Below are positions 36,602-46,190 of a stretch of 64,000 nt of DNA, one piece after another. Numbering within the stretch: position 1 is the first letter of the stretch; every line of letters begins with the position of its first letter. This DNA is from Klebsiella phage EI. The notes below the pieces were generated by a model. The model did not search any database. It saw only the letters and a program-made list of their open reading frames with translations, and was not told where the DNA came from. Location of the stretch: the sequence record MN106245.1, one strand, 5' to 3'. The position numbers were made by a program, and so were the translations under genes.

Positions 36602-37097
36602 CTACCGGTTCACTCTTTTTATCAGACCCAGGTGCCTTGTATGCTGAGGTTTCGTATTGCGTCATTTTATCGTAGATGTCCTGAATAAAGGTTTCATCTG
36701 CTAACGCAACCATATCATCGTCACGACTATCATAAACGTTGTGAACGAAGTAGCTATATTTCTTTGCCATTTCTTTGCGTTCTTTTTTGATACGCTGGAC
36801 GAAGGCATTAAAACAAGCCATTGTAATATATGCATGAGGGTTGGTGTATTTGGTTTCGTCGAAGTTATGAAGACCTTTAATTGCGGCTTCAATACCGTCT
36901 GCAATCATTTCTTGCTTCCAAGACTGGGTATATCCTGAGAAGTTGAATCGTTTGCTCAGACCTTCGGCTATTAACATGATGGCAAGGCCAATCGTGTCAT
37001 TTTGTCGCGCTTTAGTCCCTTCGGGAGCATTTCTAACCTGTTCCTTCCAAGCACAAATAGCTTTGTACAACTCCTTATTATTTACGTAATCACTCAT
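36558..37097 (-). CDS. 55: late sigma factor gp55, 179 aa
   Basis: [51 protein letters not shown].. near-identical to recalled T4 gp55; start refined to ATG 37097. Confidence 0.85.
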   Translation of the reverse strand: MSDYVNNKELYKAICAWKEQVRNAPEGTKARQNDTIGLAIMLIAEGLSKRFNFSGYTQSWKQEMIADGIEAAIKGLHNFDETKYTNPHAYITMACFNAFVQRIKKERKEMAKKYSYFVHNVYDSRDDDMVALADETFIQDIYDKMTQYETSAYKAPGSDKKSEPVVEGNELEFLYEAQD

Positions 37098-37163
37098 AAT
37101 TGGCCTCATCAAATAGTATATATTCATTATATCATCGGATGCGAAGAGGCCGCTTAAAGCATA

Positions 37164-37430
37164 TTACAGCTTACGAAGAATGCAGTACATTTCAAATAAA
37201 CGTTCACAGATACTAAGGAACTGTTCATAGTTTAAAGAAAAAGTTATTCCGTTTTCTTGTTGGTATTGTACCAAGCCTTTATATAAGCGTTGATAATGGC
37301 TGTGGTTCAGTTCAGACACGTGGAAATTATACGAATCATCTGATGCATCACCAAATGGTAAATAATACACACCCATGTAACTATCTACAATAAAATGTTC
37401 ATCGTTAGCAATCAAAGTTAAGCTGTTCAT
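37164..37430 (-). CDS. hypothetical protein, 88 aa
   Basis: ORF track. Confidence 0.4.
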   Translation of the reverse strand: MNSLTLIANDEHFIVDSYMGVYYLPFGDASDDSYNFHVSELNHSHYQRLYKGLVQYQQENGITFSLNYEQFLSICERLFEMYCILRKL

Positions 37431-37702
37431 AACATACCATAGATTTCAGAGAATTTACGAATCATGAATTTCCAGTCCAGAACAGTTATTGCATATTCAG
37501 TATCAGGGTTTTCTTCATGAAGATAATCTAAAAGTTCTTTTAAAGATTCAGCGAACTCAGCATCTAGCATCTCATAGATGTCCATAACGTTGCGTTGCCA
37601 ATTCCCACACATCAGTTCGCCATCTTCAAATATTGTGAACTTTAATCCAAGGTTCTCAAAATAATAATCAACGTAATCCATCAGCGTAGATTCCTTGCAC
37701 AT
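37427..37702 (-). CDS. hypothetical acidic protein, 91 aa
   Basis: ORF track, ATGA overlap. Confidence 0.4.
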   Translation of the reverse strand: MCKESTLMDYVDYYFENLGLKFTIFEDGELMCGNWQRNVMDIYEMLDAEFAESLKELLDYLHEENPDTEYAITVLDWKFMIRKFSEIYGML

Positions 37703-37908
37703 TCATGAGCGTGTTCAAATACACCGAAAGCGTCAACAGAAATAAATGTATCTGAAGAAGTGTATTCGTATACCCACCAGGCATCAAAGTCTTCTTCAAT
37801 GAGCCAATCGATACCATTGGATGAACCTTCAATCAAAACACGCCCATCTTCGGTATGACTTATCAGATAACCAAGGTATCCGAGTTCAGCTAGTTGTTCT
37901 TCAGTCAT
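37681..37908 (-). CDS. hypothetical protein, ~75 aa (start refined)
   Basis: ATG 37908 just after upstream stop. Confidence 0.35.
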   Translation of the reverse strand: MTEEQLAELGYLGYLISHTEDGRVLIEGSSNGIDWLIEEDFDAWWVYEYTSSDTFISVDAFGVFEHAHECARNLR

Positions 37909-38182
37909 TAAGATAATCCTCAAGCTCTTTAAGTGTAAGACCTTCGGTCCAGCTTTTACTAAGACCTGAATAATCAGGGTGGTCCGCACTCATCATATAG
38001 AATCGGCACTTAACCGGAAGCCCGTGTTCTTTGTGCGTGAGACCAGATGTATGCAGGTTAACGTATCGTTGAACCATTATGATAGAAGCATAGCTATCAA
38101 CTAAATAAGGTTCACCGTTTCTTAGTTCTAAGATACGGAATCGTACACGTTTCGGGCAGCCTCGTTGATTAAGAACAATCAT
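37901..38182 (-). CDS. hypothetical protein, 93 aa
   Basis: ORF track, ATGA overlap. Confidence 0.4.
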   Translation of the reverse strand: MIVLNQRGCPKRVRFRILELRNGEPYLVDSYASIIMVQRYVNLHTSGLTHKEHGLPVKCRFYMMSADHPDYSGLSKSWTEGLTLKELEDYLND

Positions 38183-38511
38183 TTTGCCGCCTTAACGATC
38201 TTCAGATCGTTGAAACCTTTTTTACGCTGATTTTTCATTTTACGAATACAGGTATCAGAAATTTCGCCGGCTTTCTTGACAACTGACTGGACACCAAAAG
38301 CATCAATATCAAATTCGTCAATGATATAGCAGACTAGTAGTTCACGAATACGAGCTTTACCAATTTTCTGCTCATTTTCAACCATAGTTCCGTGAAGGTC
38401 TTTTTCCCACTGATCTAAAATTTCAGGAGTAACAATGCCACCCTTCTTACGGATTTCTTCGACTTTGTCAAAAGCAAAAGAGTGCAGAACATTTTTGATA
38501 GCCTGAGACAT
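38179..38511 (-). CDS. hypothetical protein, 110 aa
   Basis: ORF track. Confidence 0.45.
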   Translation of the reverse strand: MSQAIKNVLHSFAFDKVEEIRKKGGIVTPEILDQWEKDLHGTMVENEQKIGKARIRELLVCYIIDEFDIDAFGVQSVVKKAGEISDTCIRKMKNQRKKGFNDLKIVKAAK

Positions 38512-38548
38512 AGTATTTTCCTCTGTGGTTTAAATTTTATTATCCAAG

Positions 38549-38575
38549 GAGGACATTATACTAGGTCCTCACGAG
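38549..38575 (-). promoter_or_regulatory. inverted repeat GAGGAC..GTCCTC bracketing TATAAT (promoter -10 inside stem-loop)
   Basis: minus: GAGGACctagTATAATGTCCTCC 30 nt upstream of 38511 start. Confidence 0.35.
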
Positions 38576-38583
38576 TTCTTAAA

Positions 38584-38868
38584 TTACGAGTGTTGCCAGC
38601 CTTCGTTGGCTTTGCGAGCGTAGTATTTGTCAGTTTTGAGTTCAGTTTCAGAATCGTAGTTCAGTTTCAGACGACGTTTGTCGGCCCGTGCATAGCGATT
38701 CTGATCTTCTTTAACTGCAGAGTCCAGGCCTTTCCACCGCTTAGGCTTATCAGAGTGGAAGATGTTATCTGCCACAGTTTCATCAGAGATGCCTGCTGGA
38801 GCCTGACGGCGCCCTGACCAGTATTCACCTTTCGATTTGATATCTTTACGACGGTATGTTTTACCCAT
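38584..38868 (-). CDS. hypothetical basic protein, 94 aa
   Basis: ORF track; TAATG overlap. Confidence 0.4.
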   Translation of the reverse strand: MGKTYRRKDIKSKGEYWSGRRQAPAGISDETVADNIFHSDKPKRWKGLDSAVKEDQNRYARADKRRLKLNYDSETELKTDKYYARKANEGWQHS

Positions 38869-39125
38869 TAAAATATTTCCAAATGTTGATTAATTACACT
38901 AGCCATATGCGAAGCTTCATCTTCAGTTATTTTAACGCCGATTTCTTTAAGCTTAGTTTGAAGATGGACGTATTGACCCTTTTTAATAAAGCATACTTTT
39001 GAACCAATAGAGAATTCAATCTGGATTCGGCCTAGTTCAGCAGTGGGCCACATAGTGATGAACATAACTTTGCATTCATCAACGATACAACGAATAATTA
39101 CCTTTGCATCTTCAATTTTAATCAT
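38868..39125 (-). CDS. hypothetical protein, 85 aa (start refined)
   Basis: ATG 39125 overlapping TAA of upstream ORF. Confidence 0.4.
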   Translation of the reverse strand: MIKIEDAKVIIRCIVDECKVMFITMWPTAELGRIQIEFSIGSKVCFIKKGQYVHLQTKLKEIGVKITEDEASHMASVINQHLEIF

Positions 39126-39382
39126 TAGATTAACCCCAATACTAAACGGCCGATCTCGTTTCGCTCGTAATCGCACATCTCAGGAATCAAAGCAACCACG
39201 GCATTAATCGCTTTGCCAACATGAGCTTTAGCAGCCATGGTATTGCACTCAGTACACTTCCCACGACTACGGAAGAAGATTGTAGAACCGCGAACCTCGA
39301 TCATAAGGTCCTGAGTATACCCGTTTGAAACTTCGACTTGCACGTGAGCAATGATGTGGCGTTGGATTTCGACAGTTTTCAC
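39125..39382 (-). CDS. hypothetical protein, 85 aa
   Basis: ORF track; promoter cassette P7 upstream. Confidence 0.4.
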   Translation of the reverse strand: MKTVEIQRHIIAHVQVEVSNGYTQDLMIEVRGSTIFFRSRGKCTECNTMAAKAHVGKAINAVVALIPEMCDYERNEIGRLVLGLI

Positions 39383-39400
39383 ATTGTATCTCCGTTGTTA

Positions 39401-39440
39401 GTGTAGGAGTATACTAACATGACTAAAGGGCGTTGTAAAC
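39401..39440 (-). promoter_or_regulatory. early promoter P7 (GTTTACA -35, TTAGTAT -10; partial IR)
   Basis: GTTTAC revcomp 39435-39440. Confidence 0.45.
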
Positions 39441-39443
39441 ACC

Positions 39444-39749
39444 CTAATCTTCAATTAAATCTCGGTCATAGCCTTTGTCAATAAGGAACTGCTGGAAATC
39501 TTTAAGAGATGGGATGAACTGATTATCTACAAAGATAACAGGATACTTGATAGAGAGTGAAGGGAATTGGCCTAGACGTTTAGCCAGAGATTCGATGAGT
39601 GGTTTATCATAAACAGGCCCGGTGTCACCAGGACTTATTACGTCGATAAAAGTATATTCAACGTTCAAAGAGGCCAAAAGGCCTCTTATCCAATGACATC
39701 CAGGACATCTCCAGACTTGTTCTGGGATGCCGTAGATTTCTATATTCAT
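39444..39749 (-). CDS. glutaredoxin/NrdH-like redoxin, 101 aa
   Basis: CPGC active-site CxxC near N-terminus, thioredoxin-fold length. Confidence 0.45.
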   Translation of the reverse strand: MNIEIYGIPEQVWRCPGCHWIRGLLASLNVEYTFIDVISPGDTGPVYDKPLIESLAKRLGQFPSLSIKYPVIFVDNQFIPSLKDFQQFLIDKGYDRDLIED

Positions 39750-39946
39750 TTGAAAAGCTTTTCAATCTTATTAGTAAGCTCTTCCATTCGACGAGTCATT
39801 TCTTCTTTAGAAACACTCGGTTGCTTAGTACCACGAATAGCTTCAGCAACCATAATCAGTGCAATGGCTGGGACTGCAACCAGTGCAGAGAAGAACAGAA
39901 CGATATAAACGATGATGTTTGCTACGATATCACGGAACTTAGTCAT
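39746..39946 (-). CDS. small membrane protein, 66 aa
   Basis: Single TM (IVYIVLFFSALVAVPAIALIMVA). Confidence 0.4.
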   Translation of the reverse strand: MTKFRDIVANIIVYIVLFFSALVAVPAIALIMVAEAIRGTKQPSVSKEEMTRRMEELTNKIEKLFK

Positions 39947-40061
39947 TTTAATCCTTAGTAAGAGAAAAAGAACAGGAAGGAAAACATCGCTGGGAATTCA
40001 GAGCCGAAACGTAGAACAGTTTCATTGCCGCAGTCGATAAAGTCGTTCACAAAGTTCATAA

Positions 40062-40535
40062 TCATTTTAACGATTTCCTCAGTTGTTTTTTGAATGAAGC
40101 TTGAAGCTTCGTTTTAGTGTCGGATTCATTATATACAAATCCGGCTTTAAGCATTTCTTGAACCATCTCTTCTTTACTGAGACGTCCAAATTCTTTTGAC
40201 TTATCAGTCACATACTCTGGGTGGATGTTAGCTCCAGAGTAGTCTTTTTCGAGGTACGCCACTAATTCTTTCAACCAAACGAGGTAGTCGATATCTTGAC
40301 CTTTCAGACCTGAACGGTTGAACTTGTGTTTCATCATACCTTCGGTTACGTTACATAGATTGCAGAGCAATGCACGCACCTTACCAGCTTGAGGACCTGA
40401 TAAAGCATGGTCGTGGTCCAAGTGATTGGCTTGTACGTCATTATCTAGAGGGCGTTTACATAAAGGACATACACCGCCCTGCAAATCAAATAGTCTTTGT
40501 TTTTCTTCTTTGTAGAGTTTACCAGCCAATAACAT
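40062..40535 (-). CDS. 49: endonuclease VII (Holliday junction resolvase) gp49, 157 aa
   Basis: MLLAGKLYKEEKQ..CPLCKR..DVQANHLDHDH..GKVRALLCNLCN..KHKFNRSGLKGQ near-identical to recalled T4 gp49. Confidence 0.85.
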   Translation of the reverse strand: MLLAGKLYKEEKQRLFDLQGGVCPLCKRPLDNDVQANHLDHDHALSGPQAGKVRALLCNLCNVTEGMMKHKFNRSGLKGQDIDYLVWLKELVAYLEKDYSGANIHPEYVTDKSKEFGRLSKEEMVQEMLKAGFVYNESDTKTKLQASFKKQLRKSLK

Positions 40536-40570
40536 AGATTCACCTCATAAGTAGATGAATCTATTTATTA

Positions 40571-41011
40571 TTAGAACGGTCTGTCAGAAAATCTCAACTG
40601 AGCTTCAAGCCACTTAATGTGTTCAATAGTAGCTTTAATTACATTTGCATCGTAATAGTTATACTCAGCGTCAAATTCCCTTTCAATACGTTTTAAGCGG
40701 TCAGGCAGATATTGCCCGTCAAAATAACCCGTGCTAGCTATAGAACCAAAAGATTCTGGCGGGATTTCTTTAATTTCGTCCATAGAGGCCGGGGCCCAAA
40801 GACACCAGAAAGATGAATCTACAGAATCGATATCAATAACGGTTCCGTCTTCTAAAATAATACTTTTAATGCCGTGGTGATGGCATGATTCTTCAGCACC
40901 AGTACGCAGAACCTTGAATTTGACGCCTACCTTCAGTTGTGGAAACAACACTGAAGTGCCGTAACCGTCTTCATTATCTTCTTTAACGATTTCAAAACAT
41001 TTACCGATCAT
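40571..41011 (-). CDS. hypothetical protein, 146 aa
   Basis: ORF track. Confidence 0.45.
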   Translation of the reverse strand: MIGKCFEIVKEDNEDGYGTSVLFPQLKVGVKFKVLRTGAEESCHHHGIKSIILEDGTVIDIDSVDSSFWCLWAPASMDEIKEIPPESFGSIASTGYFDGQYLPDRLKRIEREFDAEYNYYDANVIKATIEHIKWLEAQLRFSDRPF

Positions 41012-41127
41012 AGTAATCCTCTAAATCAAGTAGATCATTTACCGTAGGTTCATCATAACATGATTCAGACTCAGTGTAAACTGGTTCTTCAGGCTCGAGA
41101 GTTTCCCAACGAGCGCTGTACCATGGC

Positions 41128-41445
41128 TTACTCATCACGCCAATAGCTAGAAACTTCGAAGTCAGGACCGCCGTAATCCCATGACCAAGGGCCAACAGGA
41201 TCGTAGTCTACTTCACCTGTTTCTTTATTACGGATTTCTTTATAGTCGGCCGGTTCAAGACCCACGTATTGCCACTGAACTGTGTAAGCTACGCCTTTAA
41301 TAACAACTTCATTTTCGCCGTACGCGTTTTGGACGGCCCAGTCAATACCGAATTCGTTAGCGCGCTTGACCATGAATTCATAAAGCATCCATTCAAGGTC
41401 TTCTTCACCTTTGGCTTCATTTAAAACAATTATTTCATCTTTCAT
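41128..41445 (-). CDS. hypothetical acidic protein, 105 aa
   Basis: ORF track. Confidence 0.4.
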   Translation of the reverse strand: MKDEIIVLNEAKGEEDLEWMLYEFMVKRANEFGIDWAVQNAYGENEVVIKGVAYTVQWQYVGLEPADYKEIRNKETGEVDYDPVGPWSWDYGGPDFEVSSYWRDE

Positions 41446-41630
41446 AGTGATTCCATAAATTCACAAAGTTCTTCACGAACTACAGTATCAGACCAACCCC
41501 ATTGTTTGGCTTCATCTTTAATAGACTGTGGACAATGGAAGAACACTGTACCGACCTTATGGTCGGTTTCCAGTTCACAGTTAAGAAAATCTACTGTATC
41601 TTTAAATTCGGCAAATTCTAGATCATTCAT
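41442..41630 (-). CDS. hypothetical protein, 62 aa
   Basis: ORF track; ATGA overlaps. Confidence 0.4.
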   Translation of the reverse strand: MNDLEFAEFKDTVDFLNCELETDHKVGTVFFHCPQSIKDEAKQWGWSDTVVREELCEFMESL

Positions 41631-41794
41631 TTGAAGTTCCAGAAAGAAGCGATGATTAAAGCAATTGGCCAGAACAAGAAGCCTGCGATGAAAACTGTGC
41701 CTTGAGCAGAGCCGTCATCTAAAGCAACTAGAGTTTTACCGTAGCCAATACCGATAACAAAATAAGCAATAAGAATTAAGAAAGCTATAGTCAT
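41627..41794 (-). CDS. small two-TM membrane protein, 55 aa (below track cutoff)
   Basis: MTIAFLILIAYFVIGIGYGK..FIAGFLFWPIALIIASFWNFK; ATGA-coupled to both neighbours. Confidence 0.45.
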   Translation of the reverse strand: MTIAFLILIAYFVIGIGYGKTLVALDDGSAQGTVFIAGFLFWPIALIIASFWNFK

Positions 41795-42054
41795 TTATAA
41801 GTTGCTCGTAATTCGTCAAAACCGCCAATATGGGTGCCATCAGGTGCAAAAATCTGAGGCATCGTTAATCCTACTTTGCTCTCGCGATTAAGGCGTTTAA
41901 GTAGGTCATCAATAACAGCATCGTCAAAAACACCTTTTGAAGGCATGACATTGATGAATTCGAATGGCTCCTTTTTGATTGTAAGGAAGCGTTTCGCATT
42001 GTCGCAATACGGGCAGCGATGGATAGTTGAATCATAACCGAATACTGTGTACAC
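41791..42054 (-). CDS. nrdC: thioredoxin NrdC, 87 aa
   Basis: MYTVFGYDSTIHRCPYCDNAKRFLTIKKEPFEFINVMPSKGVFDD.. near-identical to recalled T4 NrdC (CVYC->CPYC). Confidence 0.85.
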   Translation of the reverse strand: MYTVFGYDSTIHRCPYCDNAKRFLTIKKEPFEFINVMPSKGVFDDAVIDDLLKRLNRESKVGLTMPQIFAPDGTHIGGFDELRATYK

Positions 42055-42331
42055 TTTTCTGTTCCTTAACTTGAATCATGAATTCTTTATAAGCGTCTTT
42101 ATACGCAGGACTAGAGATAGCGTCCCAATACGATTGGATCGGGGCCGTTTTAATTTTCAAACTACGACGAATTTCGTCATGGATATCTGAATGAATTTTA
42201 TTATAACTCTTAGTCAATGCAGATTTTAATACGCTGAAATCAGGAATCTGATCGTGCTCTTCAGAATAAGCAATTAATAAGCGAACAATAGCTCGTTCAG
42301 CTTCTTCCAGATATTTTTTACGTTTAGCCAT
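42032..42331 (-). CDS. hypothetical protein, 99 aa
   Basis: ORF track. Confidence 0.4.
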   Translation of the reverse strand: MAKRKKYLEEAERAIVRLLIAYSEEHDQIPDFSVLKSALTKSYNKIHSDIHDEIRRSLKIKTAPIQSYWDAISSPAYKDAYKEFMIQVKEQKSVHSIRL

Positions 42332-42837
42332 TATAACCCCGGGAAAGCTTTCTTGATTTTCTCTGCTACAGCCTGGTCGATGATTGAAGCAAAGTTCTGA
42401 TTAACACGGTCAACAATGATTTTCTCGATACGACGAGTAGCAGATTCTATTTTGTATTCGATATCTTTCATTGCTTTATCGGTAGCATTCTTAATTACAT
42501 CGCTAATAATAGAGTCAATAGCATTACGTGCTTCGCGGTTAGCAGCTTCGCGAAGACGATCTTTAAGAACACTAGAGGTTTCATAAGGAGCCCCATAACC
42601 ACGACGGCTGAACCATGATTCGACTTCTTTCTGAACAGCTGTCGATACATCAGGAACAACTAAGCCGTAAGCATTGATTTCATCTTGAATCAGTTTACGA
42701 ACTTTGTTGCCTGTATCTTTAACGATAAGGTCTTTAGCAATGTTAGAGATAACAGATTGCTGTAACTGAGAATAAGCTTCAGTGCCTTCTGGGAACATCT
42801 GTCGTACTGCGTGGGTGTCTAATTTAATACTAATCAT
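42331..42837 (-). CDS. hypothetical protein, 168 aa
   Basis: ORF track. Confidence 0.45.
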   Translation of the reverse strand: MISIKLDTHAVRQMFPEGTEAYSQLQQSVISNIAKDLIVKDTGNKVRKLIQDEINAYGLVVPDVSTAVQKEVESWFSRRGYGAPYETSSVLKDRLREAANREARNAIDSIISDVIKNATDKAMKDIEYKIESATRRIEKIIVDRVNQNFASIIDQAVAEKIKKAFPGL

Positions 42838-43058
42838 TTTAATGTTCTCTCAAACTTGTGTTTGCAGGTCCGACATTTCATTTTCAGAATATCAGAGCTC
42901 CAGTCAACTAATTGTACTTGCATACTACTACATTTTTCACAAGGGACAACTTGTTTTGCTGCAGCTTCGCGTCTATCAACCATTTCTAAGGCTGCTTTCC
43001 AGTCAATTTCAAAATCCTCGTCATCCGTGACAAGGTCGGCTTTCAGTTGGTTTCTCAT
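42834..43058 (-). CDS. zinc-ribbon protein, 74 aa
   Basis: CEKCSS..(x)..CRTCKH four-Cys ribbon. Confidence 0.4.
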   Translation of the reverse strand: MRNQLKADLVTDDEDFEIDWKAALEMVDRREAAAKQVVPCEKCSSMQVQLVDWSSDILKMKCRTCKHKFERTLK

Positions 43059-44002
43059 TTCAGTGCCTGAATTGCGCGCAACAGCTTGCCGCGCTGGGTT
43101 GTAATGTTGGTAAGATGCTTACGGGCATCTTCCACCTTCTGTTCTGCTTCTTTAACCATATCATCGAGCTTAGACACTACTTCAAGCATCTGGGAAGCAA
43201 AGTGGCGTTCAGCTGGAACTAACTCAGGCTGAGCAACAGTAGCAATAAAGGATTTATCTACTGTATATTTTGATGAAGAGACTTTACCATTTAGAATTTC
43301 TTCGTCAAACTCTTTAACCGGTTTTGTATCTTTCAAGAACACCATATAAGTACCGCTATGGCCATTAGCCGGTTTCCATTCATAAGAAGCTACGTTAGGA
43401 ATAATGCACAGTGCCTGTGCAACCTGCTCTTTAATGACCTGTAGAGCACGAAAATCTTTGTATGCTTTGTCTTTGTTGATGCGAATATCAATACAAACCG
43501 AATCATTCAGACCTAACATAGAAGGTCGACGAGCAATTACTTCAACAGTTTTCTGGTGATCGAACAGTTGATGGCGGTTAGTATCACGCATCGTTTTAGA
43601 AGCAAGCTTCAGAATCAGATCACGATCATAGTTGAATTGGCCGATGAAGTACTCAACATGGTTAGTAATAACTGCTTCAGCGCCACGATATTCTGCTGCT
43701 CGCAGGTCATAACGTTGGCGAGTGCTTGAAATAGTTCCAAAATTGCTGAGACGTTTACGAGCCATGATGTTAGACAGAATACGAGAGTGCTTGAAGAACT
43801 CTTTGAAGTCGTAATGATGAGTAAATCCTACGCGCCACTTCCGACTCTGGGTCGAGTTAAACAGATGGGCAAAGTCGCCGAACTCGTTCTTCAGACGATT
43901 AGACAGAACATCAATACGTTTTGCCTTAGGGAACCCTACCGTTTCAGCCTGAACGTTGATAAAAATTTCGTGTGCTTTTTCAATAACTTCGTTACGGGTC
44001 AT
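43055..44002 (-). CDS. hypothetical protein, 315 aa
   Basis: ORF track; coiled-coil C-terminus. Confidence 0.5.
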   Translation of the reverse strand: MTRNEVIEKAHEIFINVQAETVGFPKAKRIDVLSNRLKNEFGDFAHLFNSTQSRKWRVGFTHHYDFKEFFKHSRILSNIMARKRLSNFGTISSTRQRYDLRAAEYRGAEAVITNHVEYFIGQFNYDRDLILKLASKTMRDTNRHQLFDHQKTVEVIARRPSMLGLNDSVCIDIRINKDKAYKDFRALQVIKEQVAQALCIIPNVASYEWKPANGHSGTYMVFLKDTKPVKEFDEEILNGKVSSSKYTVDKSFIATVAQPELVPAERHFASQMLEVVSKLDDMVKEAEQKVEDARKHLTNITTQRGKLLRAIQALK

Positions 44003-44012
44003 GCTATTTTCC

Positions 44013-44285
44013 TCAGAATATTTTACGAATTAAAGCTAACAGTGGCAGTCCTGCAATAGCTACTACCCAGAACACAGCAAAGATAGGCCAGAAAGTTACA
44101 ATCCATGCTATCTCAGTGTCTTCAGTGACGTCATCATAGATACCAGTCCAACCTGATGTAGCGATGAACAACTTCGTCATCAGGATTCCTATCATAACAT
44201 AGCAGAATACACAAAGTAAACCAAATAAAATTTCCATTCTTTTTTCACCGAGTATAGAGTGTAATGGAATCATCCATGAAACCAT
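44013..44285 (-). CDS. membrane protein, 90 aa
   Basis: Two+ TM helices. Confidence 0.4.
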   Translation of the reverse strand: MVSWMIPLHSILGEKRMEILFGLLCVFCYVMIGILMTKLFIATSGWTGIYDDVTEDTEIAWIVTFWPIFAVFWVVAIAGLPLLALIRKIF

Positions 44286-44296
44286 TATACCGACAT

Positions 44297-44731
44297 TTAT
44301 TTTAAAGCAAAACGACTGTTGTCAATGATACGAAGTTGGGCCTGTTTGTAGGTGTAAATGCCTTCTTTAATCTGAGCATTAGACACTTTAAGATGGTCAT
44401 TGTACCACTTGTTCAGGTCTTGGTGCTTTTTGAACACGGTCTGAAGCTTGTTATTGGCTTCAATGAGGGCTGCTTGTAAATCATCGAAATATTTTTCGAT
44501 TACTTCACGTTTAACCGAACCGTCGTAATTAGTAGAACATAAAACACTGGTATGGCGCCAGAGCTCCCTGAGGTCGCCTAGGACGTTTTTGTCTTTACCC
44601 CAATTAAACTTATACAGTTCTTCACAAATGGCCTCAGCCTGCTTCTCTTGCTTTCCTTTAGGCATTCCGGCGTAGATATATGCCGGAGGGTATAAAGCAG
44701 TGTTTTCGATCCAATTAGATAAAATAATCAT
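44297..44731 (-). CDS. hypothetical protein, 144 aa
   Basis: ORF track. Confidence 0.45.
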   Translation of the reverse strand: MIILSNWIENTALYPPAYIYAGMPKGKQEKQAEAICEELYKFNWGKDKNVLGDLRELWRHTSVLCSTNYDGSVKREVIEKYFDDLQAALIEANNKLQTVFKKHQDLNKWYNDHLKVSNAQIKEGIYTYKQAQLRIIDNSRFALK

Positions 44732-44961
44732 TTGCGCTTGTCCATGAAACGATAGATGCCGCCGAACGGAAATGTTACGATTTTAATGAGTGATTCCAAA
44801 ATACCCAAAATAACAGGAGCAGGCCAAAGGGCTATTACTATCTTGAAATCATGCTCTGTATCAGTCATTATGTGACCACGTAACTTCATGCAGCAGGCAA
44901 CAATATTACCGATAACAAGGTAGCCAATGAAGGCTACCAGAACCCATACTACTATTTCCAT
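44728..44961 (-). CDS. membrane protein, 77 aa
   Basis: TM helices; ATGA overlap. Confidence 0.4.
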   Translation of the reverse strand: MEIVVWVLVAFIGYLVIGNIVACCMKLRGHIMTDTEHDFKIVIALWPAPVILGILESLIKIVTFPFGGIYRFMDKRK

Positions 44962-45734
44962 CAGATTTTAACCTTAGTTGGTCGTTTGAAGAATGCGTGA
45001 GTTTTATCATCACGAGCCTGTTCGAATGTAGCACTGAATTCGATTTCACCACGATGGTCCAGTGGTACACATTTCGGCAATGTTCCGTAGACAGTAGATT
45101 TGTTTTCTAACACTACAGTCATCTTAGAAACAATACCATAGTAATCTTCGAAGGTCTTAACAGATACAACACGTCCTTTTACTACCTGTTTGCCCACAGG
45201 AGCTTCGCCTTTGTCCTGTTTCATACTCTCGAATAGGTTATTAAACCATTCATTAGAGTATTCCTGGATCGCTTTCAGGATGTCCTGGTGAGCTCGTACT
45301 TTAACCATTAGAACTTCGGTATTCGTCTGTTCCATAGTCCAACGCTTATAAGGAATTTGGAACTGGATACCGTAGATATCGAAGATCTCGTCGTACATTT
45401 CTTGTGTTAAACGAAGCTTCCACCATCCGTGGTCACCTGTATACTCAGGTTTATCCATGTTATCAAGTTCAGTAACATATGGGAGATAACTCCCGGCATG
45501 ATAAGCTTCTACTTCACCCAGTTCGTTTTCCCACAGATATCCGTCAAATGGAGCATGCGGACGGTCATCGACTCCCCAGGTAGGTGCAACTACTTTATCG
45601 AATCCGTCACGTCCGAAACGGGACTTGCACCATCCAGCATTCAACTCCTCGGCGCGTTTTTCAACTTTCGCTCGGTGTGCTTGGCGGGCTTTACGATTTT
45701 CTTCAATAATTTTCATTACGATTTCGTTTAACAT
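44961..45734 (-). CDS. hypothetical protein, 257 aa
   Basis: ORF track; GGAGAT SD; promoter P8 upstream. Confidence 0.5.
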   Translation of the reverse strand: MLNEIVMKIIEENRKARQAHRAKVEKRAEELNAGWCKSRFGRDGFDKVVAPTWGVDDRPHAPFDGYLWENELGEVEAYHAGSYLPYVTELDNMDKPEYTGDHGWWKLRLTQEMYDEIFDIYGIQFQIPYKRWTMEQTNTEVLMVKVRAHQDILKAIQEYSNEWFNNLFESMKQDKGEAPVGKQVVKGRVVSVKTFEDYYGIVSKMTVVLENKSTVYGTLPKCVPLDHRGEIEFSATFEQARDDKTHAFFKRPTKVKI

Positions 45735-45749
45735 TTTTGCATCTCCGTG

Positions 45750-45792
45750 TTGGTGTAAGATGATAGTATCACCATCCTACACCGTTGTAAAC
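45750..45792 (-). promoter_or_regulatory. early promoter/stem-loop cassette P8
   Basis: GTTTAC revcomp 45787-45792; IR GGTGTAAGATGAT/ATCACCATCCTACACC. Confidence 0.5.
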
Positions 45793-45977
45793 TACTTTGT
45801 TAGGCACTTTAAGAAAATTAGTGGCCAACCTAAGACAATACTGATAAAGGTTAAAATTGACTTAAGCTGGCTTTGTTTGCCATAGGCCCACCAGATTTTA
45901 GTGTATAAATTAAACCCATACCATAAGTACACCGAACACAGTACAACAGCTGCAAACAAACTTAAAATGAGTTCCAT
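45792..45977 (-). CDS. small membrane protein, 61 aa
   Basis: TM helices. Confidence 0.35.
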   Translation of the reverse strand: MELILSLFAAVVLCSVYLWYGFNLYTKIWWAYGKQSQLKSILTFISIVLGWPLIFLKCLTK

Positions 45978-45980
45978 AAT

Positions 45981-46190
45981 TTACATCACCGTTAAGATAT
46001 ACCAGCACCAAAGGGGCCAAAACAGGATAATCAAAATGTTCTTCGGTAGACGCTCTACCGCAGTCCGACCTTTGACCCAGCCGGACGTCATTATTGCTAT
46101 TACACAACCGGCGGCCATCCACACAATCAAGAGCAAACTTGCCAAAGCTAAACCTAGAGCAGTAAACATTACCGGTCTCCTGTGAACCAA
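45981..46190 (-). CDS. small membrane protein, 69 aa
   Basis: TM helices. Confidence 0.35.
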   Translation of the reverse strand: MVHRRPVMFTALGLALASLLLIVWMAAGCVIAIMTSGWVKGRTAVERLPKNILIILFWPLWCWYILTVM

